In this document: positions 37,627 to 46,020 of the stretch, in pieces
How positions within the stretch are numbered: the stretch's first letter is position 1
Layout: the number at the start of each line of letters is the position of its first letter
IMG/VR virus record: IMGVR_UViG_3300027798_000016
Coordinates: 61,391-125,390 of that record
Reading direction: 5' to 3' (one strand)
DNA: 64,000 nt
Source of the DNA: a virus
Translations under genes and position numbers: made by a program
Notes under the pieces: model-generated
What the model was told of the DNA's origin: nothing
Databases searched by the model: none
Seen by the model: the letters and a program-made list of their open reading frames with translations, nothing else

Positions 37627-38364
37627 TCACCGTGGAGCAAATTCTTGTTGCATTTTAATATTGTCAAAGAATTCTTTTTTTGTACTTTGATCTGTGTTAA
37701 ATGCGCCTTTGAGTACTGTGGTTTGTGTTAGACTGGAGTGTGCCATAATACCACGATTCTCACAGCATCCGTGTGTGGCTTGAATGTAAACACCTATGTC
37801 TTTGGCATCTGTGGCTTTTTGTATTTCTCTGGCAATGTCGTTACAGAGTTCTTCTTGTAGTGTTCCTCGACGAGCACACCATTGTGCGATACGAGTATAT
37901 TTAGAAAGACCAATGAGTTTATTAGCGGCAATGATACCGATGTAGGCAACCCCAGATACAGGCTGGTGATGATGAGAGCACATGGACCGTAACTCACTTC
38001 GAACCACAAGCATGCCTTCGTAACGGTCTGCCGAATCATTTGGAAATGCTGTTGCGTCCGGTGCTGTTTCATATCGTCCTGACATCACTTCGTTAAAATA
38101 CATTTTTGCCAATCGCTTGGCTGTGCCTTTACTATTAGGATCCGTTTCACGATCAATAAGCAATCGATCTAGAACCGTTTCAAATGCTTCCGCGGCTTCG
38201 TTGATTAATATTTCTTTATGTTCGTCAGTTACATATTCGCTAATGTTATCGCCAGCCCAAAAGCGTTTGCCTTCTCGCTTCATCTTGAATCGGATTACAT
38301 CTGCCAGATTGGCTTCTTGGTAGCCTTTATCGTCTATGTTATCAAATGTTACAGGTTCGGTCAT
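37627..38364 (-). CDS. folE: GTP cyclohydrolase I
   Basis: SMCSHH, IGLSKY.R, LQEEL, ATHGCCENRG. Confidence 0.95.
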   Translation of the reverse strand: MTEPVTFDNIDDKGYQEANLADVIRFKMKREGKRFWAGDNISEYVTDEHKEILINEAAEAFETVLDRLLIDRETDPNSKGTAKRLAKMYFNEVMSGRYETAPDATAFPNDSADRYEGMLVVRSELRSMCSHHHQPVSGVAYIGIIAANKLIGLSKYTRIAQWCARRGTLQEELCNDIAREIQKATDAKDIGVYIQATHGCCENRGIMAHSSLTQTTVLKGAFNTDQSTKKEFFDNIKMQQEFAPR

Positions 38365-38390
38365 ATTTAATTTTCTTTAGGTTGTGTTGT

Positions 38391-38419
38391 ATTATAACAG
38401 ATAGTTAGTCAATGAGCAA
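38391..38419 (-). promoter_or_regulatory. sigma70-type promoter upstream of folE
   Basis: TTGCTC-17 bp-TATAAT with extended -10 TG. Confidence 0.55.
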
Positions 38420-38686
38420 GACCTCGCTTGGCCAAGTTAAAAGATAAAGCATTAGATCTTCGGGCTTCTTAAAATGTACCATGATTGTAATATCAAACAT
38501 TTCATTTGAATACTTGGCTGACTCAATTTTTGCCAACTTGCGCCAATTAAATGGATCACCTTTGTAATCTGTAGCAGACCATCTGTTCTTGCAATTATCA
38601 ATTAACCACCGCCTAATGTTTTTTAGTATAAACACATGGCTGGCAGTCTTGGCCGAATAAACTTTATCCTTGGTTTGCGTTGGCAT
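38405..38686 (-). CDS. Small hypothetical protein (F...ED...L.W family)
   Basis: WL..NC...W...HFKKPEDLMLYLLTW. Confidence 0.6.
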   Translation of the reverse strand: MPTQTKDKVYSAKTASHVFILKNIRRWLIDNCKNRWSATDYKGDPFNWRKLAKIESAKYSNEMFDITIMVHFKKPEDLMLYLLTWPSEVLLID

Positions 38687-38909
38687 AGAACTCACTGTTA
38701 CGCAAGTCATCCCAGCCACCGATTAACTTGCCATCAATGATGATTTGCGGAACTGTTCTGGCAAAGGGTACTGCTTCCAGTAGCATTTCACGAGTGAATC
38801 CATTGGCGCCAACTTTGTGTTCAGTGTATGTAAGATTCTTACTCTTAAACCAATTTTTTGCCATGTCGCAATAGGGGCAAGGCTGTTTGCTGTAGATTGT
38901 AATTTCCAT
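38664..38909 (-). CDS. Glutaredoxin
   Basis: CPYC, TVPQI, IGG. Confidence 0.93.
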   Translation of the reverse strand: MEITIYSKQPCPYCDMAKNWFKSKNLTYTEHKVGANGFTREMLLEAVPFARTVPQIIIDGKLIGGWDDLRNSEFYANANQG

Positions 38910-39071
38910 TTAATTAGATTCTTTTTTAATTTTTTGAATGATTGCTTTTGTAGACTCTATGATGGGCATATTTGGGTAGTCTTCTCTTAGCAGTCGCATG
39001 TAGTTGAAGTTACCTAAAGTGGCCATTTTTCTCTGACGATCAACAATGTATTGTTTGATTGTCTTTTTCAT
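38910..39071 (-). CDS. 53-aa hypothetical protein (absent from the ORF track)
   Basis: MKKTIKQYIVDRQRKMATLGNFNYMRLLREDYP...KESN*; ATGA overlap upstream, abuts the glutaredoxin gene. Confidence 0.55.
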   Translation of the reverse strand: MKKTIKQYIVDRQRKMATLGNFNYMRLLREDYPNMPIIESTKAIIQKIKKESN

Positions 39072-39499
39072 ACCACACGACTAGTGTCGTATGTTTGAGC
39101 AAAGATATCTTTCTTTACTGCACCATAGTCACCAGTACCATGTCGAACTATATAGTCATTGCCTGTGGTATAATTTAGATCGCCCCATGACGTATGGATA
39201 ACACCATCATGGTCAGCAAGTTTAGCAATCTTGGGAATCTTCTTGGGAGTAGCAATACCATTACCTTGGTCATCTTTGAGGGTGTTAAACTTTTCAGCAG
39301 TGATGGGATACTGTTCGCCTTTTGGACCAGTCATGATATAATGTCCTGCTTCATACTGTACAGGACCTTCAAGAGTCTGTACAGTTCCTGCTTGTTGTGC
39401 AACTTCATATTTTTCTTGTGCAGGCTTTTTAAATGTATCAAAGCTACCTTGCTTGAACCACGCATCATTGATGCCATTTTCTAATTCGTTGATTTTCAT
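39068..39499 (-). CDS. PGDYG-like tandem-domain protein
   Basis: TLEG...AGHYIMTGPKGEQYPI and TSWG...GNDYIV...YG.V..DIF..TY. Confidence 0.7.
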   Translation of the reverse strand: MKINELENGINDAWFKQGSFDTFKKPAQEKYEVAQQAGTVQTLEGPVQYEAGHYIMTGPKGEQYPITAEKFNTLKDDQGNGIATPKKIPKIAKLADHDGVIHTSWGDLNYTTGNDYIVRHGTGDYGAVKKDIFAQTYDTSRVV

Positions 39500-39924
39500 T
39501 GTTGTTCCTTTTGTATTTGTGCTTCGTATACTCGTTTACGAAGGCTGCTGGATGAGAAGCTATGGTCTCTGCCGTTGAAGTATAAATCAATATTTCGCTT
39601 GTGGCAGATTTCGCGACCAGTAAACTCTTTGCCTTCATACTCAACACCCAAGATGCGAACATTGATTGGCAAGGTCAGCAACAGGTCTTCTAGATCTTTT
39701 TCTGTATTGTAAACCCATACTTCGTCAACATAGCGACTGCCTTTGAGTTGCATCTGTCGTTCTACAATGGTCTGCACAGGTTTATTCTTTGTGGCACGAT
39801 CCAGCGTTGGATCGTTTTGTAATCCACAAATTAAATAATCGCACTTGGTCTTTGCTTCTTGTAACATGGACACATGGCCAGCATGTAGCAAATCAAATGT
39901 ACTGCAAGTAAAACCTACTTTCAT
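39496..39924 (-). CDS. Cytidylyltransferase (TagD/glycerol-3-phosphate CT-like)
   Basis: FDLLHAGH, RDHSFSSSSLR. Confidence 0.88.
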   Translation of the reverse strand: MKVGFTCSTFDLLHAGHVSMLQEAKTKCDYLICGLQNDPTLDRATKNKPVQTIVERQMQLKGSRYVDEVWVYNTEKDLEDLLLTLPINVRILGVEYEGKEFTGREICHKRNIDLYFNGRDHSFSSSSLRKRVYEAQIQKEQQ

Positions 39925-40910
39925 GCGCGACTCTTAAACTCTACAGAGTTATACCAATCCCATGCACTACGCACAATATTATCAATCTTGCTATGCTCTG
40001 GCGTCCAACCCATTTGCTTTTTAATTTTCCTAGCACTTGCAACTAGTACTTCAGGATCGCCGGCTCTTGCACCGCCAGTATGTACCAAAACAGTTTTTCC
40101 AGTAATGCGTTCAACACTAGAAATAATTTCTCTAATGCTAACGCCTTTACCAGTTCCTAGATTAAACTCAACGCTGGGCACTGTCATGGATTCGGCAAAC
40201 AAGGTTGACAGGTAATGAGCATTGGCAATATCTTCAACATGCAAATAATCTCGAACACAAGTACCATCGGGCGTAGCGTAGTTAGTGCCGTTTAAAGTAA
40301 ACACATCTTGGTTGACAATACTTTCCATGATCCTGGCAATTAAATGCGTTGCCTTTTTCAATTGGCCATGTCTAACCTTGTTGTCTGCGCCGCAAGCATT
40401 GAAGTATCGTAACGATATAGTTTTGAATCCATAGCCCGCGGCACAGTCTCTTAACACTTGCTCTGCCATAAGTTTACTGTGTCCGTATGGACTGATTGGA
40501 AGTGGTGGCGTTTCTTCTGATATAGAACTGGTACCAGGGTTTCCATACACAGCGGCACTGCCTGAGAAGACCACAGTCTTGTTCCAACCATTGCGAGCCA
40601 GTGTTCCTAACAAGTTGGCAGTACCACCGACATTGTTTAAATAGTAGGGTGCTGGATCTTGTATGCTTGGCCCCACTAGACTGGTTCCAGCAATGTGTAT
40701 CAGTGCAACAGGATTATTTTCTGTAATCAGACCAATGAACATTGGATTGTTAAAGTCGCCGTTGACATAACGATCAACTTTTTCAGTAATCCAAGGCGCA
40801 GTATTGTTACGATCTGCACCAATGACATTATAGCCAGCGTCTTTGAATTTTAAAACAGTTTGGCCACCAATGTAACCATTACACCCTGTTATAGCTACCC
40901 ATTTTTCCAT
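39921..40910 (-). CDS. galE: UDP-glucose 4-epimerase
   Basis: TGCNGYIG, YGHSK, LRYFNACGA, DGTCVRDYLHV.D. Confidence 0.9.
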   Translation of the reverse strand: MEKWVAITGCNGYIGGQTVLKFKDAGYNVIGADRNNTAPWITEKVDRYVNGDFNNPMFIGLITENNPVALIHIAGTSLVGPSIQDPAPYYLNNVGGTANLLGTLARNGWNKTVVFSGSAAVYGNPGTSSISEETPPLPISPYGHSKLMAEQVLRDCAAGYGFKTISLRYFNACGADNKVRHGQLKKATHLIARIMESIVNQDVFTLNGTNYATPDGTCVRDYLHVEDIANAHYLSTLFAESMTVPSVEFNLGTGKGVSIREIISSVERITGKTVLVHTGGARAGDPEVLVASARKIKKQMGWTPEHSKIDNIVRSAWDWYNSVEFKSRA

Positions 40911-42088
40911 TAGTATTTTGCCTCTGCAATATGGTCACGATATCTGTTACCGGCTCGATTCCATTGTTCGCCCGTGCCTTGCATGATATCTAGCACACGG
41001 TCAATAGTGCCATTGTTCCAATCACTAATCTTGCCTTGACGAATATGAGCTCCGGATAATTGTATACGAAGTTTTTGCATGGCATCATCTAACGACCAAG
41101 GAACATATAGTCTGGTATGATCATTGGCGAAAGTTTCTGGAAAGCTACGATAAGCAGGATACAAAACATTACAGCCAAGAGTGTCAGCTTCTGAGACTGT
41201 GTTAGATACCCAGTCTTGTAAAGCACAATTAAACAGCACACGACTATCGTTAACAATATTGTAATAATCATTTTTACCAAGATCCTTGTAAATCTTTAGC
41301 ATGCCCTTGGCTTCCAACGCATTGGCTCTATCAATATACTTAGAATTATTGCTACGCAATGGTCCACCACTTAATACTGCAAACTCAACAGGATTGTCAG
41401 GCTGTTCAACATGCCACTTCTCGATAAGATCCATAAAGAAGTCTGGTTGCTTCTCTTGGTCAAACCTTGCGGCAAATACTACACGCATTGCTCGCTCTGG
41501 CCAAGATTTTAGTTTGTTATTGACACGACCAAGAACTTCTTCTTTGCCAAATGCCAATCCTGAGATGTTGTAGATAGGAGCAGTCCAGTTGGCAATACGC
41601 ATATGGGCTACCATCTCTTCGTTGGTGGCAAGTACACCTGTGACAAAACAATTGACCATTTGTTCATATGTGCTCATCCACTTGCTCATGCCCCATACAT
41701 GCACAAAGTCATCAGGGTCGATGGCCTGTGCTAGACAACGAACATAGATGCGTGGCCGCAAGTTGGCAGGCACTTGATCTAGAATGTAAGGCAAGCTTTC
41801 AATGCCAGGTTGAAACATGTCTTCAAAGTAGATGACATCTTCACTTGTGACATCTCCTCGGCGCATCAGTTGCACCAGATTCATCATCTGGCTCATGCCA
41901 AAGTAACTGCGACCATGTGCGTCTAACACTTGGCCTACACTGATTGCTTTGGTATTGTCAATGGTACTGCCGGGCACCAACACATAGTCAATGCCACGGC
42001 GTTTGAACACCGCTTCATTCCATTGCTGGAGTTGAAGGGTGTATCTTCCTTCATAGGGCTCCAAGCCCATATAAAAGAGCTTACGCAT
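40910..42088 (-). CDS. GT-B fold glycosyltransferase
   Basis: VVFAARFDQEKQP, ALQDWVSNTVSEA..LGC..LYP..RSFPE (GT4-like C-terminal motif). Confidence 0.75.
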   Translation of the reverse strand: MRKLFYMGLEPYEGRYTLQLQQWNEAVFKRRGIDYVLVPGSTIDNTKAISVGQVLDAHGRSYFGMSQMMNLVQLMRRGDVTSEDVIYFEDMFQPGIESLPYILDQVPANLRPRIYVRCLAQAIDPDDFVHVWGMSKWMSTYEQMVNCFVTGVLATNEEMVAHMRIANWTAPIYNISGLAFGKEEVLGRVNNKLKSWPERAMRVVFAARFDQEKQPDFFMDLIEKWHVEQPDNPVEFAVLSGGPLRSNNSKYIDRANALEAKGMLKIYKDLGKNDYYNIVNDSRVLFNCALQDWVSNTVSEADTLGCNVLYPAYRSFPETFANDHTRLYVPWSLDDAMQKLRIQLSGAHIRQGKISDWNNGTIDRVLDIMQGTGEQWNRAGNRYRDHIAEAKY

Positions 42089-42542
42089 TTACTGCCTCAT
42101 CGCGATCTAAACGATTAGGCATACAGCACATACCATCTTCGGTATGCACAGTTTCAACTACCCATGCACTTTTATAAAATCCCACATGGATTTTAAGTGC
42201 CTTGTTTGCACGATCAGCGGCACTTTGCACATTGATAGTGTAGGTGAAACTGCGATCACCTGTTGGCTCATGCCTACGCATTTCTGGCAAGTCTATGGCA
42301 TAACCATAGATCATACCAGCATGGCACAAATCAGTAAGATACTGATTGTAGAACGCCAGCGGCAAGTGCCCTAGCTCTGCGGTCAACACACCGTCATATA
42401 ACTCGCTAATTTTTAGCAAGTCAAACTTGATGTGGTTGATGTTAAGTCCAGCTCGGCGAGCTTGGTACTGCGGATTATAGTTTCCGCGATCTTTGCGTTC
42501 AAAACGAACGCGATTGTCAAGAGTATTGTTTGAGGCATCCAT
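42081..42542 (-). CDS. Hypothetical protein
   Basis: Likely start MDASNN at 42542. Confidence 0.55.
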   Translation of the reverse strand: MDASNNTLDNRVRFERKDRGNYNPQYQARRAGLNINHIKFDLLKISELYDGVLTAELGHLPLAFYNQYLTDLCHAGMIYGYAIDLPEMRRHEPTGDRSFTYTINVQSAADRANKALKIHVGFYKSAWVVETVHTEDGMCCMPNRLDRDEAVNA

Positions 42543-42888
42543 TTTCGCCATCCTCCGAAATTTCAATCCAAATTTTACGATCTGTGTACTTTGATGAGAT
42601 TTGACCATATAGGTCATCTGCCATCATTTCGCAGGACTTGTGATTCAACTCAAGTGTTCCTTGGTTATATAAATTCTCCAACCAACGCTTGAACTGAATA
42701 AACTCAACATCTCTATCATCGTGAAAGACTTCGAGATACACTTTAAAGTGGAACATGTGTCGATGAGGATGTCCTAAAAAAGAAACATCATACTCGTCAC
42801 CTGTTGCCAACTTAGGATCCGTAAGGCACGCCGGATACCTATGAATGCCTTCCTTGCGAAAGGTAACCCAAATCATGTCTTGTGACAT
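42517..42888 (-). CDS. queD: QueD-like 6-carboxytetrahydropterin synthase (T-fold)
   Basis: GIHRYP...HPHRH.FH...DRDVEF...SCEMMA...SEDGENG; context of folE/queE/TGT. Confidence 0.7.
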   Translation of the reverse strand: MSQDMIWVTFRKEGIHRYPACLTDPKLATGDEYDVSFLGHPHRHMFHFKVYLEVFHDDRDVEFIQFKRWLENLYNQGTLELNHKSCEMMADDLYGQISSKYTDRKIWIEISEDGENGCLKQYS

Positions 42889-42897
42889 GTTATTCCT

Positions 42898-43119
42898 TTA
42901 CTCAATGTAATTATTTGCTTTTAAGTAGACCCACAACTTCCAGTCAATTGCCTGAGCAAATTCTAAAAGCTTGTCCATTTTTTTGTTAAGATCAGCAATC
43001 CCAGTATCTCCGCTTACAGATGTTTCAGGCGCTTCTTCTCTAACAGGCGCACCAGCAGTCTTTGGAACTGGTCGCTTAATTGGTTTGGTAAAATTACCAA
43101 CCTTGACTTCGTCGTTCAT
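42898..43119 (-). CDS. Hypothetical protein
   Basis: 73 aa; AIDWKLW. Confidence 0.65.
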   Translation of the reverse strand: MNDEVKVGNFTKPIKRPVPKTAGAPVREEAPETSVSGDTGIADLNKKMDKLLEFAQAIDWKLWVYLKANNYIE

Positions 43120-43135
43120 TTTATTTTCCTTAAAT

Positions 43136-43657
43136 TTAATTGACAGGGCTATCGCCTTGGTAGGCTATCCACGGAGTAAAATATTTCCTATTAGTTAAGT
43201 CACTTAAAGGAACACACCACACTCCAGGATTCGTTTTGTTAAAACCTTTATCGTCGATTTTAACGGTTGTATTGTAGTTAAGCAATCTAGTGTATGGCAG
43301 TTTGGCCGAAATCATTGGAATGACACGATGTTCATCACTGGCCATGCTTTCTAAAAATCCCTCAACTTGACTCAGCTGTATATCAACTGTGATATAGTTA
43401 ATGCTCTGGTCCTCAAGCACCTTATTAATCATGTCGTCAATTGATCGCCAAACATCATAATTGTCATTTTCCACATGGTGCAGACTCATATTAGCACCAA
43501 TGTAAATGTGACCAATCTTTTTCTCTTTGGCAAGTTTTACAATTTCCTCACCAGGATGGATACCAACTACAAATAGCGTATTCATTCCAAGGGCAGGACT
43601 ATGTTCTACCTCAATGCCAGTAAAGAAGTCTTGGGCAATACGATCAATAGCCATCAT
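43136..43657 (-). CDS. Hypothetical protein coupled to the DpdA-like gene
   Basis: FFTGIEVEHSPA...KIDD.GF..TNPGVWC. Confidence 0.7.
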   Translation of the reverse strand: MMAIDRIAQDFFTGIEVEHSPALGMNTLFVVGIHPGEEIVKLAKEKKIGHIYIGANMSLHHVENDNYDVWRSIDDMINKVLEDQSINYITVDIQLSQVEGFLESMASDEHRVIPMISAKLPYTRLLNYNTTVKIDDKGFNKTNPGVWCVPLSDLTNRKYFTPWIAYQGDSPVN

Positions 43658-45213
43658 TCATCCTTCAATGATTGTTCAAGTTCAGTTAATTTAGGATCGT
43701 TCATATCATCGAACTCTCCACCTTCTGCCATTTCATTTGCACTGGTACCATCACCAGTGGTGAAAATATCATGCACAGCTTCTGCACCACTCTTACGAGT
43801 CTTGCGTCCAGAAAACTCACTTAGCAATGCAGAACTTTGTTCCAACAATTCATATGGGTTCTCAACTCTAAACACTTGATCTACTAGTTCCATTATGTAT
43901 AATACATTACGAGGTACCCATAAGTCAACCTGTCCTTCCTGACTTCTTTGCCGACCTTTGCGCCATTCCGCTGGATCTGGACGATTCAACTTGTGTGCAA
44001 TGTCAGCAAGTGTGTTGGCTCGTTGTACGCTTTCAATGTGTTGATAAACATTATGGCCCATGATAAGACTATAACTGAATGTGTCCCAACTTGTTCTAGA
44101 TACCTTGCCATTTTTATTTTCTTGTCCTGGCTTGTAATAGCACACATCGCCCATGGTCAGGCGTTCACCAATTGGACTGCTCCAAGGCCATGGAATTTTA
44201 GATCCACTTAGGTCTCGGTTATCCACAGCCTTTTCCATCACATAGGTAAAGCGATCATTGCTATGCACATGCTGTGTATAGCTTAGTCCGTATGCCACAG
44301 AAACAAATGGACTTGCACAATCATATGTTACTAACATGTTTGGATTGACATGTTCTCGCAATGCTCGTTGAATTGCAGTTAAGAAAATTGTCCATTCTAA
44401 CCGACTTGTGCCCAAGAAGTGAATGACATCCTTGCCCGGTGCCAACATGCCCTCATCACGCATTTGAATCAGCCTACGCAGAACCAAGTGTGCGTCTTGC
44501 ATGTTGTTACCACCCATTGCCCAACCTTCAAATGGGAAGTGTTTGACATTGTCATACCAAATGTCTGCTTCTTCATTGTTACTACCTTGTAACACATTTA
44601 GAAATTTTGTTTTGTTTTGTCGATTGGCCAAGAACCATGCATTGTTGTAAAGTGTGCCATCCAAACATTGTTGGAATGACTTTAAACCAGTGCGTTCGTT
44701 CAGTGGTGGTCGTGCCGCCCAGGTTGGAATATCCAACACCATTGAATAATCGGCTGTGTGTTCTAACCAATTTAAAATTGCGCCACGAGTTTTATCTGCA
44801 GAACCTTTATAGCCAACATCACCTGGCTTCTCCATAAAGTTTTCCCAGTCAAACTTGATGACACCTTTTGCAATTTGGAATCCACCAGAGTCGCCTAGAA
44901 TAAAAGTATTCTTGCGATCTCTCTGCTGAACCATTGCTTCTTCTTTGTCAGTCTTCTTGAGATCCAGCTGTGCATGACCCGCAGAATATAGTGCATAAGG
45001 ATAGTAAAAGTATGCTTGTTCCTTGTTAAGGAAGTTCATACCTTCAATACCATTTTCAAATTCTTTTGGAACACGGTCAGCTTTTACACTAACGCCTGGC
45101 TCGTTTCGTTCTTTGCTAATAATGGTATTGTAAAAAGATGAGATACTGGGCAAGAAAACTGCATAGTCTTCATTCTTGGCCCACAAGTCAACTTTAGATT
45201 TTTTACTTGGCAT
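43654..45213 (-). CDS. tRNA-guanine-transglycosylase-fold protein, probable DNA 7-deazaguanine insertase (DpdA-like)
   Basis: GDSGGFQ, MVLDIP, LNVLQG, GWAMGG, IHFLG, TYDCASPF; no TGT zinc motif apparent; next to the clamp and polymerase genes. Confidence 0.8.
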   Translation of the reverse strand: MPSKKSKVDLWAKNEDYAVFLPSISSFYNTIISKERNEPGVSVKADRVPKEFENGIEGMNFLNKEQAYFYYPYALYSAGHAQLDLKKTDKEEAMVQQRDRKNTFILGDSGGFQIAKGVIKFDWENFMEKPGDVGYKGSADKTRGAILNWLEHTADYSMVLDIPTWAARPPLNERTGLKSFQQCLDGTLYNNAWFLANRQNKTKFLNVLQGSNNEEADIWYDNVKHFPFEGWAMGGNNMQDAHLVLRRLIQMRDEGMLAPGKDVIHFLGTSRLEWTIFLTAIQRALREHVNPNMLVTYDCASPFVSVAYGLSYTQHVHSNDRFTYVMEKAVDNRDLSGSKIPWPWSSPIGERLTMGDVCYYKPGQENKNGKVSRTSWDTFSYSLIMGHNVYQHIESVQRANTLADIAHKLNRPDPAEWRKGRQRSQEGQVDLWVPRNVLYIMELVDQVFRVENPYELLEQSSALLSEFSGRKTRKSGAEAVHDIFTTGDGTSANEMAEGGEFDDMNDPKLTELEQSLKDE

Positions 45214-45217
45214 ATTC

Positions 45218-45955
45218 TTACTTCTGTGTTGGAGTAATGTATTCGTAAGCAATTAAGCCACTGTTAAATTCAACCTTGGTAGCTCGCTCACTGATGCTCA
45301 ACACGGGTGTGCCTTGGCTACACATTTTAAATGCAGTCAACAAAGCCTGAATTGACAAGGATACTGGACGCTTCAAGGTTTGCGTAGTGTCAGCAAATAC
45401 AAACTTACCTGCATGACCACCGCCAGCACTTCCACCAAAGCTAAAAACCAACTTGCCATTCTCTGTGCTTGCAGTTAAATTTGGGTCAATGGTGGCATAC
45501 AATGTACCACGCTGGCTCAGCTCACTGATTTTATTTGCTTGAGGACTAACAACTACTTCCCAAGTTGTGCCTTTAAAACTGCGACTTTTGGTCTTCATCA
45601 GGTTGGTCGGCGTCAAACGATATTCGTCATTGTTGCCATCTGCATTGTTGAATGCCAAACGATCAACATCACCTTTGTTGTTTGATCCAACTGTGACATT
45701 ACACTTTTTTGTAACATCTGGATCTTTGTATAAGTTTGTCAAGCCAACAAAGAAGCCCAAGTTAAGCATACCACATGCCTCAGGAAACTCTGTGACCTTG
45801 TCCTTGCTGTTGGCAAGCACAGTCAGCAATGAATCTTCCGGATACGCAGTAAATTTTGTACTGTTCGGTTCTTGTTCAACTAGGATCTCTTCAAAGATTC
45901 CTAGCCCTGCGATGTTTTTTGCTACATCAAGCGTAATGTCTTTTAGCATTGTCAT
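45218..45955 (-). CDS. Probable DNA polymerase sliding clamp (gp45-like)
   Basis: 245 aa, directly downstream of the polymerase; C-terminal SGL..YEYI.P. Confidence 0.6.
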   Translation of the reverse strand: MTMLKDITLDVAKNIAGLGIFEEILVEQEPNSTKFTAYPEDSLLTVLANSKDKVTEFPEACGMLNLGFFVGLTNLYKDPDVTKKCNVTVGSNNKGDVDRLAFNNADGNNDEYRLTPTNLMKTKSRSFKGTTWEVVVSPQANKISELSQRGTLYATIDPNLTASTENGKLVFSFGGSAGGGHAGKFVFADTTQTLKRPVSLSIQALLTAFKMCSQGTPVLSISERATKVEFNSGLIAYEYITPTQK

Positions 45956-45975
45956 GTTTCTCCGTTAATGTTACT

Positions 45976-46004
45976 ATTGTAGTTAGATTTAGATCTAAAG
46001 TCAA
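45976..46004 (-). promoter_or_regulatory. sigma70-type promoter
   Basis: TTGACT-17 bp-TACAAT, SD ggag downstream. Confidence 0.75.
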
Positions 46005-46020
46005 ATGCTTGTTCACCGTT

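Noticed and set aside
43654-45213. Ordinary tRNA-guanine transglycosylase (tgt)
   Set aside because: Much longer and divergent, no CxCxxC zinc site seen, and located with replication genes; DNA-acting DpdA-like is preferred though not proven
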